Source: Mobula hypostoma
Taxonomy: Eukaryota
Reading direction: 5' to 3'
Length of the DNA stretch: 64,000 bases
Assembly (NCBI RefSeq): GCF_963921235.1
Contig: NC_086097.1
Span: 83,514,001-83,578,000 of the forward strand
Part shown: positions 1 to 11,214 of the stretch, in pieces
Numbering within the stretch: position 1 is the stretch's first letter
Layout of the letters: each line of letters opens with the position of its first letter
Program-made: the position numbers and the translations under genes
The notes under the pieces: generated by a model
Told to the model about the DNA's origin: nothing
Databases searched by the model: none
The model's input: only the letters and a program-made list of their open reading frames with translations

Positions 1-8
1 ACTAGATG

Positions 9-135
9 CAATGTGTTCCCCTACACAAACTTCTGTCCCACTCCCTAATAGGAGATAAAATATTACATTATGTTCACTAATTACAATGTGTTCCCCTACA
101 CAAACCTCTGTCCCACTCTCTAATAGGAGATAAAA
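9..135. repeat. 52-bp direct repeat, 2 copies (9-60 and 84-135)
   Basis: caatgtgttcccctacacaaac(t/c)tctgtcccactc(c/t)ctaataggagataaaa occurs twice with 2 mismatches, period 75 bp. Confidence 0.9.
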
Positions 136-189
136 TGTTGGGACTTCTATATACTGATTAAGGAAACTTTCTTGAACACATTTGACAAA

Positions 190-2500
190 TGCTATCCTAT
201 CTAGTCTTTTACAGTACAGGAGTCCCATTCAATATATGGAAAGTTAAAATCACCTATCACTGCCTTATGTTTCCTGCAACAGTCTGTTAACTTTCTACAA
301 ATTTGTCCCTCTAAATCCCACAGACGATTGGATGGTCTGTAATATAGCCCCATTAACATGTTCATAGCTTTCTTATTTCACAGTTCTACTCATAAGGCCT
401 CTCTAGACAAGTTCTCCAGTCTGTCCTAACTGAGCAGCGCCATGAGATTTTCCCTGACTAGTTATGTCACCCCATCCCCCTTTAATTCCTCCTGCTCTAT
501 CACATCTAAAACAATGGAACCTTGAAATATTTCAAAGGTTTCAAAGGTACATTTAATGTCCGAGAATTGTATACAATATACATCTTGAAATACTTTTTTT
601 CGCAACCATCCACAAAAACAGAGAAGTGCCCTCAAAGAATGAATGACAGTTAAATGTTAGAACCCCAAAGCTCCCCCCAGTTCCCCCCCCCGCACTAAAT
701 GGCAGCAAGCAACAATACCCCCCCACTGGCAAAAATAAAAGCATCGGCACCCGCCACTGAGCACTGAAGCGTAAGCAAAGGAACAGCAAAGATACAGACT
801 TACATTACCCCAAAGACTACTTGTTCACCCGGCATACGACATACCACAGTCTGTCTCTCTGTCTGTCTGTCTCTCTCTCTCCCTCCCCCCAATAAGGGAG
901 AAAGATGTGTCCCATTTTACAGCGGGAGGGGAGACATAACAATCAACTCACTGGTTTACGATATTAAAAGTCTGTTGCGTTGCTTTTTCCAAGCTCTGTG
1001 CCCAAAGATCTCGGATCTCTGGGCACACAGCCTTAGATCTTCCATCTCCCATGACACACAGATCTTCTGACCGGACACCGACCTCTGATCACCCCATCTC
1101 CAGAGCCATGAAATCTTGAACCTCTGAAGGCGAGCAGGGCTCTTAGGCCAAGCCCTTGCCGTGCCAAATAATGGCCATTCATGAAACCCCAGGAGCGGGT
1201 CCCATTCCCGCAAAGAACCATAGTCAGCATGCAACTCCAGGTCAGGGTCTTCAAAAGAACCCTGAAATGGAAAAAATAGAGATATTAAAGATGAAAATAA
1301 AGCTGTTTCTGAAGATGCAAGCAAAGGAGTCGCCGTTAGGCGCCATTTAACCTCCTAAGCTCCTCAAAGAATATTTGAGCTGCCAGTCCTGTCCCTCCTG
1401 CAACCAAGGCTCGCTAATGGCTACAATATTTGTTGATCCATGCCCTGAGCTCATCTGCCTTTCACACAATACTTCTAGCAAGTCAGAGCATTAATCCACT
1501 ATCCTCAACCTTTTGATTCCTGACTTTACCCGAGGTCTTAACAACAGCCACTCCACTATCTGTTCTGGTATTCTGGTTCAGCTATAGTTTAACTTCACAC
1601 CCCCCCCCCCATGTAATACTAACAAACCTTTCTGCTCGGATATTAATCCACCTTAGCTGCAAACTCTCTTCTCTACACATCCCACCTTCCCTGGAAGAGA
1701 GCCCAATGATCCAAAAATCTGAACTCCTCCCTCCTATAGCAACTCCTTATCCTAGTGTTAAACTGTGTAATCTTCCTATTTCTGGCCTTACTAGCATGTC
1801 ACAATCCTGAGATTCTAACTCTGGAGGTCAAGTCCTTAAACTTAGCACCTAACTCCCCGAGCTCACTTTGCAGAACCTCATCCCTTTTCCTAGCTATGTC
1901 ATTGGTACTTGTATGGACCACAACCTCTGGTTGCTCACCCTTCTATTCAAGAATGCTGAGGACTCGATGCAAGATATCCCGGACCCTAGCACCCAGAGGC
2001 AACATACCATCCAGGAATCGCGTTCTCGTCCATAGAACCTCCTTTCTGTTCTCCTGACTAACAAATCCCCTATCTCCACAACTCGCCTTTTCTCCCTCCT
2101 TCCTTTCTGAGACGCAGAGCCAGACTCCGTGCCAGCAACCTGACCACTGTGACTTTCCTCTTCTAGGTCATTGCTCTCAACAGTATCCAAAGTGGAGGAT
2201 GGCCACAGAGGTATTCTGCACTGGCTGTTAAACCTTTTTCACCTCCCTGACTGGCATTCAGCTTCCTGTGCCCTGCATCTTCGGTGTAACTACACGTCTA
2301 TATCACCCCCTCAGCCTCCCAAATGATCCAGATTTCATCCAATTCCAGCTCCAGCTCCTTGACGCAGTCCGATAGAAGCTGCAGCTGGATGCACTTCTTG
2401 CGGGTGAAGTCACTGGGGATATCGGAGGTCTCCCTGCCTTCCCACATCCCACAAATGAAGCATTCAACTATCCTGCCTGGCATCCCTACTACTCTAACTG
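190..2500 (-). mobile_element. CR1 LINE, degraded 5' portion (ORF1 zinc finger/leucine zipper + SGNH esterase; start of ORF2 endonuclease), interrupted at 533-1369
   Basis: 2298-2483(-) VECFICGMWE...KCIQLQLLSDCVKELELELD resembles the CR1 ORF1 N-terminus; 1894-2190(-) RRVVEIGDLLVRRTERRF...MVCCL resembles the GDS block of CR1 esterase ORF1; boundaries approximate. Confidence 0.75.
533..1369 (-). mobile_element. Non-autonomous LINE-related retroposon nested in the CR1
   Basis: Flanked by direct repeat AATATTT (526-532 / 1370-1376); short repeated tail tcaaaggtttcaaagg at the left end; CR1 sequence resumes on both sides. Confidence 0.6.
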
Positions 2501-3244
2501 CAACTATAAAGAAAGAACCAATAAATAAACTGGAAAAAATCTACCTACAGCTTTTCACCTTCTCTCACTCAAGCCTCAAATCCCCACTCTAACACTGTCC
2601 ATTCCAACAAAGGCCACTCTGCATATGTCCCCGCCTTATTTTTATTTGCCCTTGCTGATGAATCTTGATCTCTGATTGGCCACTGCTGAAACACCAAAAT
2701 TCCCATGAAGCACTGCTTTTTAATGCACACTCATCAACCTGTGTGAGCCACTTCTTCTCTTGCTCCCGATCTCAGTTTGGCCACTGTTCAAATTATTACA
2801 ATAATTATTAATAAATTATTACAATATTTTCCTATGTAGACCTCTAACTGATTTTCCCAAGATTCAGTCCATAAGATATTGAGATATTGTTGAAGGCAAA
2901 AATCAGATTAGCCATTTAAAGATGTCATTTTGGTAATGGTCATATTTGTACATTTATGTACCAGCTTTACCGTGTCCACAAATCAAACTTATCAAAGGGC
3001 AGTCTAAATTAGTCAATCACAAGATGAGGGCGGTGTCTCCACGATAAGCTCCCTCTTGTGCTCATTTTTGATACGTGCATGACAGTCAAACCTAGGAAAC
3101 CTAAGTTAATTGTTCACGCATTTTTCTCATTCGATTTAGGGAGCGAGAAATGAGTGAAAATTGAGATATGGAAATTGTTATCTCAGAATAATATGAAATA
3201 AAATCAGTTAACGTTGGGAAAGTTGAGTTCACAGAGAATAGTGC

Positions 3245-3465
3245 AAAAAAACAAAATACATCCAGTGAGCGGCAGCTCTGTGGGCGCAAACGCTTTGTTA
3301 CTAGGAGAAGAGAATGGCCAGACTGTTCAAGCTGACGGGCAAGCGACAGTTAAGACAAATAACCAGGCCTTAGAACAGCACCTGTAACGGCACAACACAT
3401 CAAACCGTGAAGTGGATTGGCTAAAGCAGCAGAAAACTTTGAACACACACAGTGGCCACTTTAAA
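3245..3465 (+). mobile_element. Tc1-derived non-autonomous fragment
   Basis: catccagtgagcggcag...gagaatggccagactgttcaagctgac...cagtggccacttta; reverse complement of the element at 20125-20638. Confidence 0.6.
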
Positions 3466-3829
3466 TAAAAAGGCTAATGAGTGCAGTTATTTTCATCCCT
3501 TTGGAATATTGTGGTGTTAAACAGAGATGTCAAACATTCCTGTTTTAAAAGAGTTGCGGTCAGGAAAATTACTTGACCGCCCAATAACTCCGTAATTGCA
3601 TTCCCATTTTCCACCCTCACTGCCCCAAATGTCATTGTCTCGAACTTCCTCAACGACAACCCTCTACATTTTAGCCCGAGCATGAGTAGATGTCTGCATT
3701 ATTTTGAAGGCGTGGAAACAAACAAAAAGCTTAACTGTGGTGGAAAAAATCTGACTGGAGCATCTCTGTCACAGCCGCTTCAGCGATGAAGTCTGCGTTT
3801 GATTAATTCCCGCTAGTTTTTACGTTGGT

Positions 3830-4460
3830 TTGGGGTTGGGTGAGCGTGCGGTGTAAAGGTCACCGTCGCTGCAGTTGGTTGTGGTGGCGAAGATGCTGGG
3901 GCGGACGGCTTTCTGGCTGTGGCGGGCTCGCTACCGACCTTGGCGGCGCCCGGGCAAGAGCTGCGGCCGAGGGAAGCGTGGTGCAGCCACGCTCTCGGTT
4001 ACGCCGCAACCGAGCCTGGCGGACGAGCCCGTGTGCATCCGTGCGGCGGGGCTGTCGCCGCACCAGGAGGTCACGCTGCGAGCCCTGGTGCTCACCGAGA
4101 GTGAGCAAATGTTCGACTCCAGCGCCCAGTTCCGCGCCGACGACCGCGGGTTACTTGACGTCGGCCGCTCCCCCTCTTTGGGCGGCGACTACCTGGGCGT
4201 GGTGCCCATGGGGCTCTTGTGGACCCTTTCTCCCGCTAGTATGGAGATGCCCTACCAGAAGTTGAGGCCCTGCACCAATCTGACCGGCAGGCCCCTGCGA
4301 GTCGACCTGTCCTTGCACTCGGGCCACACGCAGGCCGGAATGATCCCTGGACGGATCCTGGCCAAGCAGGCTGTCGATAGGTGGTACAGCAAACCCGGAG
4401 TCCGCTGGATTAGGTTAAGGGAAGGCAGGATAAGAGGCAGCTTGTTTCTGCCTCCAGGTA
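3830..4460 (+). promoter_or_regulatory. CpG island over the ACOT start and exon 1
   Basis: Sharp local rise in GC and CpG density against AT-rich, CpG-poor flanks. Confidence 0.75.
3893..4457 (+). CDS. Type-I acyl-CoA thioesterase (ACOT1/2-like, BAAT/ACOT family), coding exon 1
   Basis: ATG 3893 (GCGAAGATG); ATLSVTP...DEPVCIRAAGL...GGDYLGVVPMGLLWTL...VRWIRLREGRIRGSLFLPP is the ACOT N-terminal domain; donor CCAG|gtaagc, phase 1. Confidence 0.93.
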
Positions 4461-4479
4461 AGCAAAGTGGGGAAGGCTT

Positions 4480-5160
4480 TCCCTGTGATAGACTGGGCTG
4501 TAGCCACTACCTTTGTAGGCTTTTCTGTTCAAGTTCACAGCCTTATGCTGCACCTATGCTGAGGGAGATTGTGGGGATGATGTTGCCAATCTGAACTGAT
4601 TGGGGTCTGCAATTGAGGATCCAGATACACAGGTATTGAGACCCAGGTCTTGGGGCTTATTGATTAGTTTTGAGCGGATGGTAGTATTGAATGCTGAGCT
4701 GTTGTTAATGAAGAGCATCCTGATGTATGCATTTACACTCTTCAGATGTTCAAGGGTTGAGTGATCAGGCAATGAAATGGCATCTACTGTTGCCCTGTTG
4801 TGATGGTAGACAAAATGAACCAGATCTAAGTCACTTCTCAGGCAGGAATTGATATCAACTTCTCAGAGCACTTCATCACAGTGGATATAAGTACTCCTGG
4901 ATGATATTCATTGAGGCAGATTACCCACATTTTTCTTGGGCACTGGTATAATTAAAGCCTGCTTGAAGCAGGTGGGTACCTCAGACAGCCGAAGCGAGAA
5001 GTTAAAGATAGCAGTGAACACTCCAGCCAGATGATCAGCATGTCTTTAGTACTTGACCAGGTACCCTGTCTGGGCCGATGCTTTCTGTGGGTTCACCCTC
5101 ATGATTAATGCTTTCACGTCGGTCTCAGAGAGCAAAATCACAGGATAATCAGGAGCTGTG
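4480..5160 (-). mobile_element. Rex1/Babar-like LINE RT fragment
   Basis: 4554-4772(-) AYIRMLFINNSSAFNTTIRSKLINKPQDLGL resembles the Rex1 RT motif (YVRMLFIDYSSAFNTI). Confidence 0.65.
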
Positions 5161-5164
5161 GGAC

Positions 5165-6285
5165 CTAAAATGTGATCGGATCTTCACACAAGTCCTAAAG
5201 CTAGATAAGGAGAACTCAATTAAATAAATAATGCAAGCAAACATTATACTTGTTTATTTATTGAGAAAAATGATTCAATATTACAGGTATTTGTTGGAAA
5301 AAGTATGTGAACCTTTGCTTTCAGTAATGCTTGTGACACCCTTGTACAGCAATAACTTCAACTAAATGTTTCCAGTAACTGTTGATCAGCCCTGCACATT
5401 GGCTTGGAGGAATTTTTGGCCATTCCTCCTTACAAAACTGCTTCACCTCTGGATTGTTGATGGGCTTCCTTGCATGCTTGCTTTAGGTCCTTCCACAACA
5501 TTTCTGAAGGATTAAGGTCAGGTTTTGACTCGGCCATTCCAAACACGAATTTTCTTCTTTTTAAACCATTCTGTTGTTGTTTAATTCTTGTCTTTCAGAT
5601 TATTGTGTTGTAGCATTATCTAACTTCTGTTAAGCTTCAGGTGACAGGCTGTTACCCTAACATTCTACTGTAAAATGTCTTGGTACAATTTTGAATTCAT
5701 TATTCCCTCAATGATTGCAAGCTGTCCCGGCCCTGAGGCAGCAAAGCAGCCTCAAACCATGATACTGCTTCCACCATGCTTCATAGTAGGGATGAGGTTG
5801 TTGTGTTGGTGTGTAGTCAACAGAGCAATGTGCATTTCTGCCAACAAGTTCAACTTTTGTCTCATCTGTTCATAGAACAGTGTCTCGGAAGCACTGTAGA
5901 ACATCTAGGTGGTATTTTGCAAACTTGAGACATGCAGCAATGTCCTTCCATGAACACTGTTCTTGTTCAGTATTTTTCTTATAGTGGACACAGAACAGAG
6001 ACTTCAGCAAGCTCTAGAGATTCCTGCAGGTTATCATTGGGTCTTTTTTTTTCACCTCTGTCATTGTATGTTGTGCTCTTGGTGTGATCTTTGCAGGATG
6101 TCCACTCCTCGGGAGAATAGCAACAGTAATGGATTTCCTCCATTTGTAGACAATTTCTCTTACTGTGGACTGATGAACAATCGGGTCTTTAGAAATGCGT
6201 TTGTAACCTTTTCCAGCTTGATGCATCTTCACAACTCTAAGGTCCTCTGAAAGTTGTTTTGATGAGGCATTGTGCACATAAATGG
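5165..6285 (-). mobile_element. Tc1 transposon, truncated and degraded
   Basis: 6014-6277(-) SKQLSEDLR...HQAGKGYKRISK...STVREIVYKWRK...LPRSGHPAKITPRA is the Tc1 paired-like HTH; TIR remnant aaaagtatgtgaacc at about 5300. Confidence 0.85.
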
Positions 6286-6289
6286 ACCA

Positions 6290-7170
6290 TGGGAGAAAGG
6301 GTGAGGAGATAGGCAGGTGAGAAGAGGGCAGTGTGGGAAATAGAAGAAGGAAGGAGAACGGATATCTTTACCAGAAGGAGAAATCGATGTTCATGCCATC
6401 AGGTTGGAGCCAACGCTGAGAATGGCCTCATAGTGGCAAGAGGCCACGTACTGAAATGTTGGAATGGGAATGGGCATAGGAATTAAAATGGTTGTCCAAC
6501 AAGAAATTCAGCTCCTGGCAGACAGAGCAGAGGTGCTCAACGAAACAGTTGCCGAATTCACATCAGGTTTCAACAATGTAGAGGAGGCCGCATCGGGAGC
6601 ACCGAATAAATTAGGCAACCCCAAAAGATTGGCAGCTGAAGTGTTGCCTCACTGAAGGACTGTTTGGGCCCTTGAGTGGAGGTCAAGGAGGAGGTAAATA
6701 GACAGGTGTAACATTTCGATTGCTTGCAGGGCTATGTGCCAAGATGGAGATTAGTAGGGAGGGACAAATGGACAAGGGAATCACAGAGGGAGCGATCCTT
6801 TCAGGGAATGGGGGGAGAAAGTAAAGATGTGGTTGGTGGTAGGATCCTGTTGAAGTTGACAGAAGTTGAGGAGAATGATGTGTCAAACGTGGAGGCTCAT
6901 GAGTGGTAGGTGAGGACAAGAGGAACTTTATCCCTGTTGAGGCAGCGGGAAGATGGGGTGAGCTTGAATGTCTGGGAAAAGGAGGAGGGTGAGGGCAGCA
7001 TCAATGATGGAGGAAGGGAAACCCCATTCTTTGAAGGAGGAGGACATTTCTGATGTTCTGGAAAGGAAAGTCTCATCCTGGGAACAGATGCGGCGGAGAC
7101 AAAAGAACTGAGGAAAGGGAATAACATTCCTACAGGAGAGTGGGCAGGAAGAGGTATAGTCAAGATAGCT
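6290..7170 (-). mobile_element. Penelope-like element fragment (RT thumb to GIY-YIG)
   Basis: YLDYTSSCPLSCRNVIPFPQFFCLRRICS...WGFP and KVPLVLTYH, homologous to the PLE at 27179-29183. Confidence 0.85.
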
Positions 7171-7171
7171 G

Positions 7172-7551
7172 CTGGCCCTTCCCATGGTCTTGACCAGCAT
7201 CAGAGAAACTCCAAACAAAAAGACTAGACTAAGCCTAGGTGGTGACAAGATGAACTAGGTGCGTCATTACCCAGAGCTCTTGACCTCAGAACACATATAG
7301 ACACATCATGACAGATATCCTAGTTGACTATTGTATGAAAGTAACGCAGGCTGTTCAGTCTGCTTCTCCACAGGTTTCTACCACCTGGAATGATCCACCA
7401 GAAGGACACACCCTGATTCGTAGTGAGTGGATCCTGAATCAAGAAAGCACATAAGGAGCCATTTGGGCACTCAGTGGGAAGGACCTTATCGGGTGCTGAT
7501 AATTACTAATTCAGCAGTAAAAGTCAAAGGAAAAAGTGGATTCACGCTAGC
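7172..7551 (+). mobile_element. Endogenous retrovirus (class I, gamma/epsilon-like) integrase C-terminal fragment, frameshifted
   Basis: Manual translation across frameshifts: LALPMVLTSIRETPNKKTRLS (7172), MTDILVDYCMKVTQAVQSASPQVSTTWNDPPEGHTLIRSEWIL (7308), LGTQWEGPYRVLIITNSAVKVKG / KWIHAS (TGG at 7475). Confidence 0.75.
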
Positions 7552-7800
7552 CTCCTCCTGAAGCCAATAATCATCTCCTTGGTCTTACTGATATTGAGTG
7601 AGAGGTTGTTGTTGTGGTACCACTCAGCCAGATTTTCAGTCTCCTCCTGTATGCTGATTTGTCACCACGCTTGGTTCAGTCAATGTCAGTGGTGTCAACG
7701 ACAAACTTAAATATGGTATTGGAGTTGTGTTTAGTATCATATGAGTAGGGCAAGGGGCTAAGCACACAGCCTTATGGTGCACCTGTGCTGAGGGAGAGTT
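7552..7800 (-). mobile_element. Rex1/Babar-like LINE fragment
   Basis: atcatctccttggtcttactgatattgagtgagaggttgttg reads NNLSLNISKTKEMI on the minus strand; homologous to the other Rex1-like copies. Confidence 0.65.
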
Positions 7801-9329
7801 CCATTTCCAGTGTATGGTTTTACAAGATCTGTGATGCGAATTAAAAGTGTCTAGAAAGTGTAGGCAATGACATTGTTGGTGTCTTCTAGAAAGTAGCAGC
7901 AGAAATGGTTTGCAGTGCGAAAAATGGTTCTCCAAAGTTGTGTAACATTAGATCTTAACCGTTAAGGATGGTGGTGGGGGGAAAAGGTGCAATTATAAGC
8001 AAAAGGTGTTGTACCTATTCAGCTGATGAGTCTGAAAACATCTGACTTGGTCAATCATAAAGAAGCAATCAAGGTGAGTACAAACCACTGAGTGGAATTT
8101 CTTCAACTGGATCAAATTACCCCTAAGGAGCTGGGGTTACTGGATGTTTTAAGTTTAGTGCTTACCGCGGTGTGCTTATTTGTAGTTTATATTTTAATTA
8201 CTGATATAAGGACATCATTAGTAAATCAATCTGCTCAATCTCAAGTGAGCTTCCGGACGCATAAGGACAGCCCACCTGTTTATGACATCGCTATATAAAT
8301 ACCCCCGATGTTTTATAACTCAAGGTTGATTACGGCCTATGTCATTGTCATACTTTATTGATCCTGGGGGAAATTAGTTTTCGTTCAACATTTCTACCAC
8401 GTTTTCCTGCCTCTGAATTTTCATAGGTTGAAAATGTTGTATTTTGAATCAAGGGGGAGGATTGTTGGAATAGGATCCAAATTGTTTTTATTGGTGTTTT
8501 TCCTTGTAGTGTTAGCTTTCTTTATGCTTCCTTTCTCTCTTCTATCTTTTTATTAGTTTCATAAAATATAAACATAACATAGCAATAATACAAAATGTTG
8601 GAAATACATTGTTATACTTAAGATGAGTAATTATAAGACCAAATAGTATAAATTGACAAAACTCCCAATCATGTAGGATAACAATGAATAATACAGGACA
8701 AAAAAAATGAGAAAAATCATGAAAAAGAAAAAAAAAACCCACCCCCAAAACACAACTAATCTAAACAGAATTCCTTCCTAATGCTTCCTAATATGTGTGT
8801 AATCACATTTAGTAACTTGTAGTACATTTGGTTCTATAATTGGGTTTCTTTGTCTGCAAAGCTGAAGCGTGATTCATTCAGTACTTGTTAACGTATCTTG
8901 ACTGGTTTTGATCAGTTTGCAGCATAAAAGGAAAGTGTGTGCTCAGCTTCTGTTGTTGCTTTCTATTTGTAACCTCTATACTTTGCTTGCTGGTATCGGC
9001 TGACCCAGTGACCTGTACTATGATTAACATCTAATAAAATGGCTATAACTGTAAGATTTGTGCAATGTTGTTGACTTCCAAAATACCTTTTGAACAACTT
9101 CATCTCCAGATCTAACACCCTGCTCCATCACGCACGCTCCTTCTGCTGGGTCCTCTCTCCCTACTGTTCCTATCTGCCACCCGACTTCTATTATTTCATT
9201 TCATGTTTAACCAACCTTTCCTATCATATTCTATCATCCTTTTGTCATCCCCCACCTATCACCTTATAGCTTCTGTTCCTGTCTCTACTCTTCCCTCCTC
9301 CATCTGCCTATCACGGCACCTACTACTTA

Positions 9330-9512
9330 GCAGCTTTTGCTTCACCCCTTCTTTTCACATCTTAATACCTGCCATCTCCTCACTATCTTCCAGTCGAGAT
9401 GAAGGGTCTTGACCTAAAAAACCAAATGTCCGTTTCTCTCTACAGATGCTGCATGACCCTCTGAGTTCCTCCAGAATTTTATTTGCTGCTTGAGATGCCA
9501 GCATCTGCATTC
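9330..9512 (+). mobile_element. Old PLE-derived short element (3' end) with decayed hammerhead motif
   Basis: cagtcgagatgaagggtcttgacctaaaa...agatgctgc...gagttcctccag...cagcatctgca matches the 3' end of the PLE at 29040-29183. Confidence 0.6.
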
Positions 9513-10713
9513 CCATCTTCTTACCCCATTTACTTGTTTTGCTTGGAGTTACAGTGCTGAGCTCAGTACAGCCCTGCCACTACCTTGTCAGAAGTAAGAC
9601 TGAGATGAGATCAGAAACTGCCCTTACTGAATGTCAGCAAGGTACTTAGTAGTGTGTGACTGTCACTTGGTGAATCCTGCTGCTTTGCTGATAATTGGGA
9701 AAAGTTTATGAGTAGCTGTTAGATGTGGAGATGATGTTTTCCAGAAAGTTCTTTAGAAGTCAAGAATGAGGTGCAGATCTTGGGGTTACAGGTGTTTTAT
9801 AAAATGTTCATCATAGTACAGGTCAAATATAGCCAATCTGTACTAGCAAGCAAGGCAATAGAGGAACTTCGGCACATGCTTTCTTTTTGCCCTGCAAACC
9901 AGTCTGAACTAAATTAGATAAGAAATCTGTTAACAAGTACTGATTGAGTCACACTCCAGCTTTGCAAAGAAGCTACAGAAATATGGAGCTATATGTACTA
10001 AAAGTCTACGGACATATGGGTGATTATACAAACACGTAAGCAATTATAAAGAAAACTAAAACTATAAAGAAAAACAATTTAAAAACAACAATCTGGACTC
10101 CATTCCTACATAACATGTTCTTGAGCGCAGGTTTTTTAGATGATATAAAAAAGATTTGAATGTTTGCTGCATATTTGATTTGTCCAGAGGCTAGTGTATT
10201 GTTGGTTCTGGGGTACACTGATGTACCTCAAGCTTAATCAACAGATCATAATTCTCTATGGACTTGAGAATACTCTGTGACCACCAGTAGAAGAATAATT
10301 TTGAAATTGTAGAGTGTGAAATGTGTTTTCACATGAAGAGGTTTATGTAAAGAGTGGAGGCATATGTAAGGGATTCACTGATTTCACATGAAGATGAAAG
10401 GTGAAAAATGGCATGTTGATGGTACCCCTGACACTCCAAATTCAAAACCATGAGCATCAATTTGAAACCGTCGTCAGAATTTTATCTTCCTGTGATGTAT
10501 TTAGATTAGATTATGATTTTGAAACAAATATCAGAATTTAATTTTTGATTGGAACTTGATGTCTACACAGTTTTGTTTAAGTGCTGCTGTTTTTAAAATC
10601 CAGTACTAAATAGCTGTGATTTTATAACTCAGGGCAAAATTTGTGGCTGCATTCCAAAACAAATGGGTAGATGATTCTTCTAATAAGCAATTTTGTTCTT
10701 GTTGTTCCTTCAG

Positions 10714-10916
10714 GGGATGGTCCTTTTCCTGGAGTGATAGACCTGTTTGGTGATGAAGGCGGTTTGACTGAATTTCGTGCCTGTCTCCTTGCAAGTCGAG
10801 GCTTTGCTGCCCTTGCTCTTCCCTACTTTGGGTTTGAGGATCTACCAATGACCCTGGTAGATTTCCATCTAGAATATTTTGAAGAAGCTGCAGAATATTT
10901 ATGGAAGCATCCTAAG
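10714..10916 (+). CDS. Type-I acyl-CoA thioesterase, coding exon 2
   Basis: Acceptor ttccttcag|GG; [39 protein letters not shown]...[16 protein letters not shown]; donor AAG|gtaaga; phases fit exons 1 and 3. Confidence 0.95.
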
Positions 10917-11214
10917 GTAAGATGTGTCTATTATTGTCTCAGCAATTTATTGAGACCCTTATTTAATCACAATGATACAGTTAGCATAATTACATGTGAC
11001 CCCTGTCTTTCAAATCAAAGATAACACATCATGATGAGCTTTTTCTTGGCCAACCCAATATGACACCCGTACCTTGGTCAATGAAACATCCATATGATTT
11101 AATCAACATCACATTCTTCTAAAGGTCATTTATACTCAACGGATCTTTTTTTTGTAGCCATATTTCCTCTGACGACCACCTGGGTTTACAAACCCATCTC
11201 CTCTCCAGCATTCT

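Noticed and set aside
3875-4594. 239-aa ORF as a stand-alone gene starting at TTG
   Set aside because: It is ACOT exon 1 (ATG 3893) reading through the donor at 4457 into intron and Rex1 sequence.
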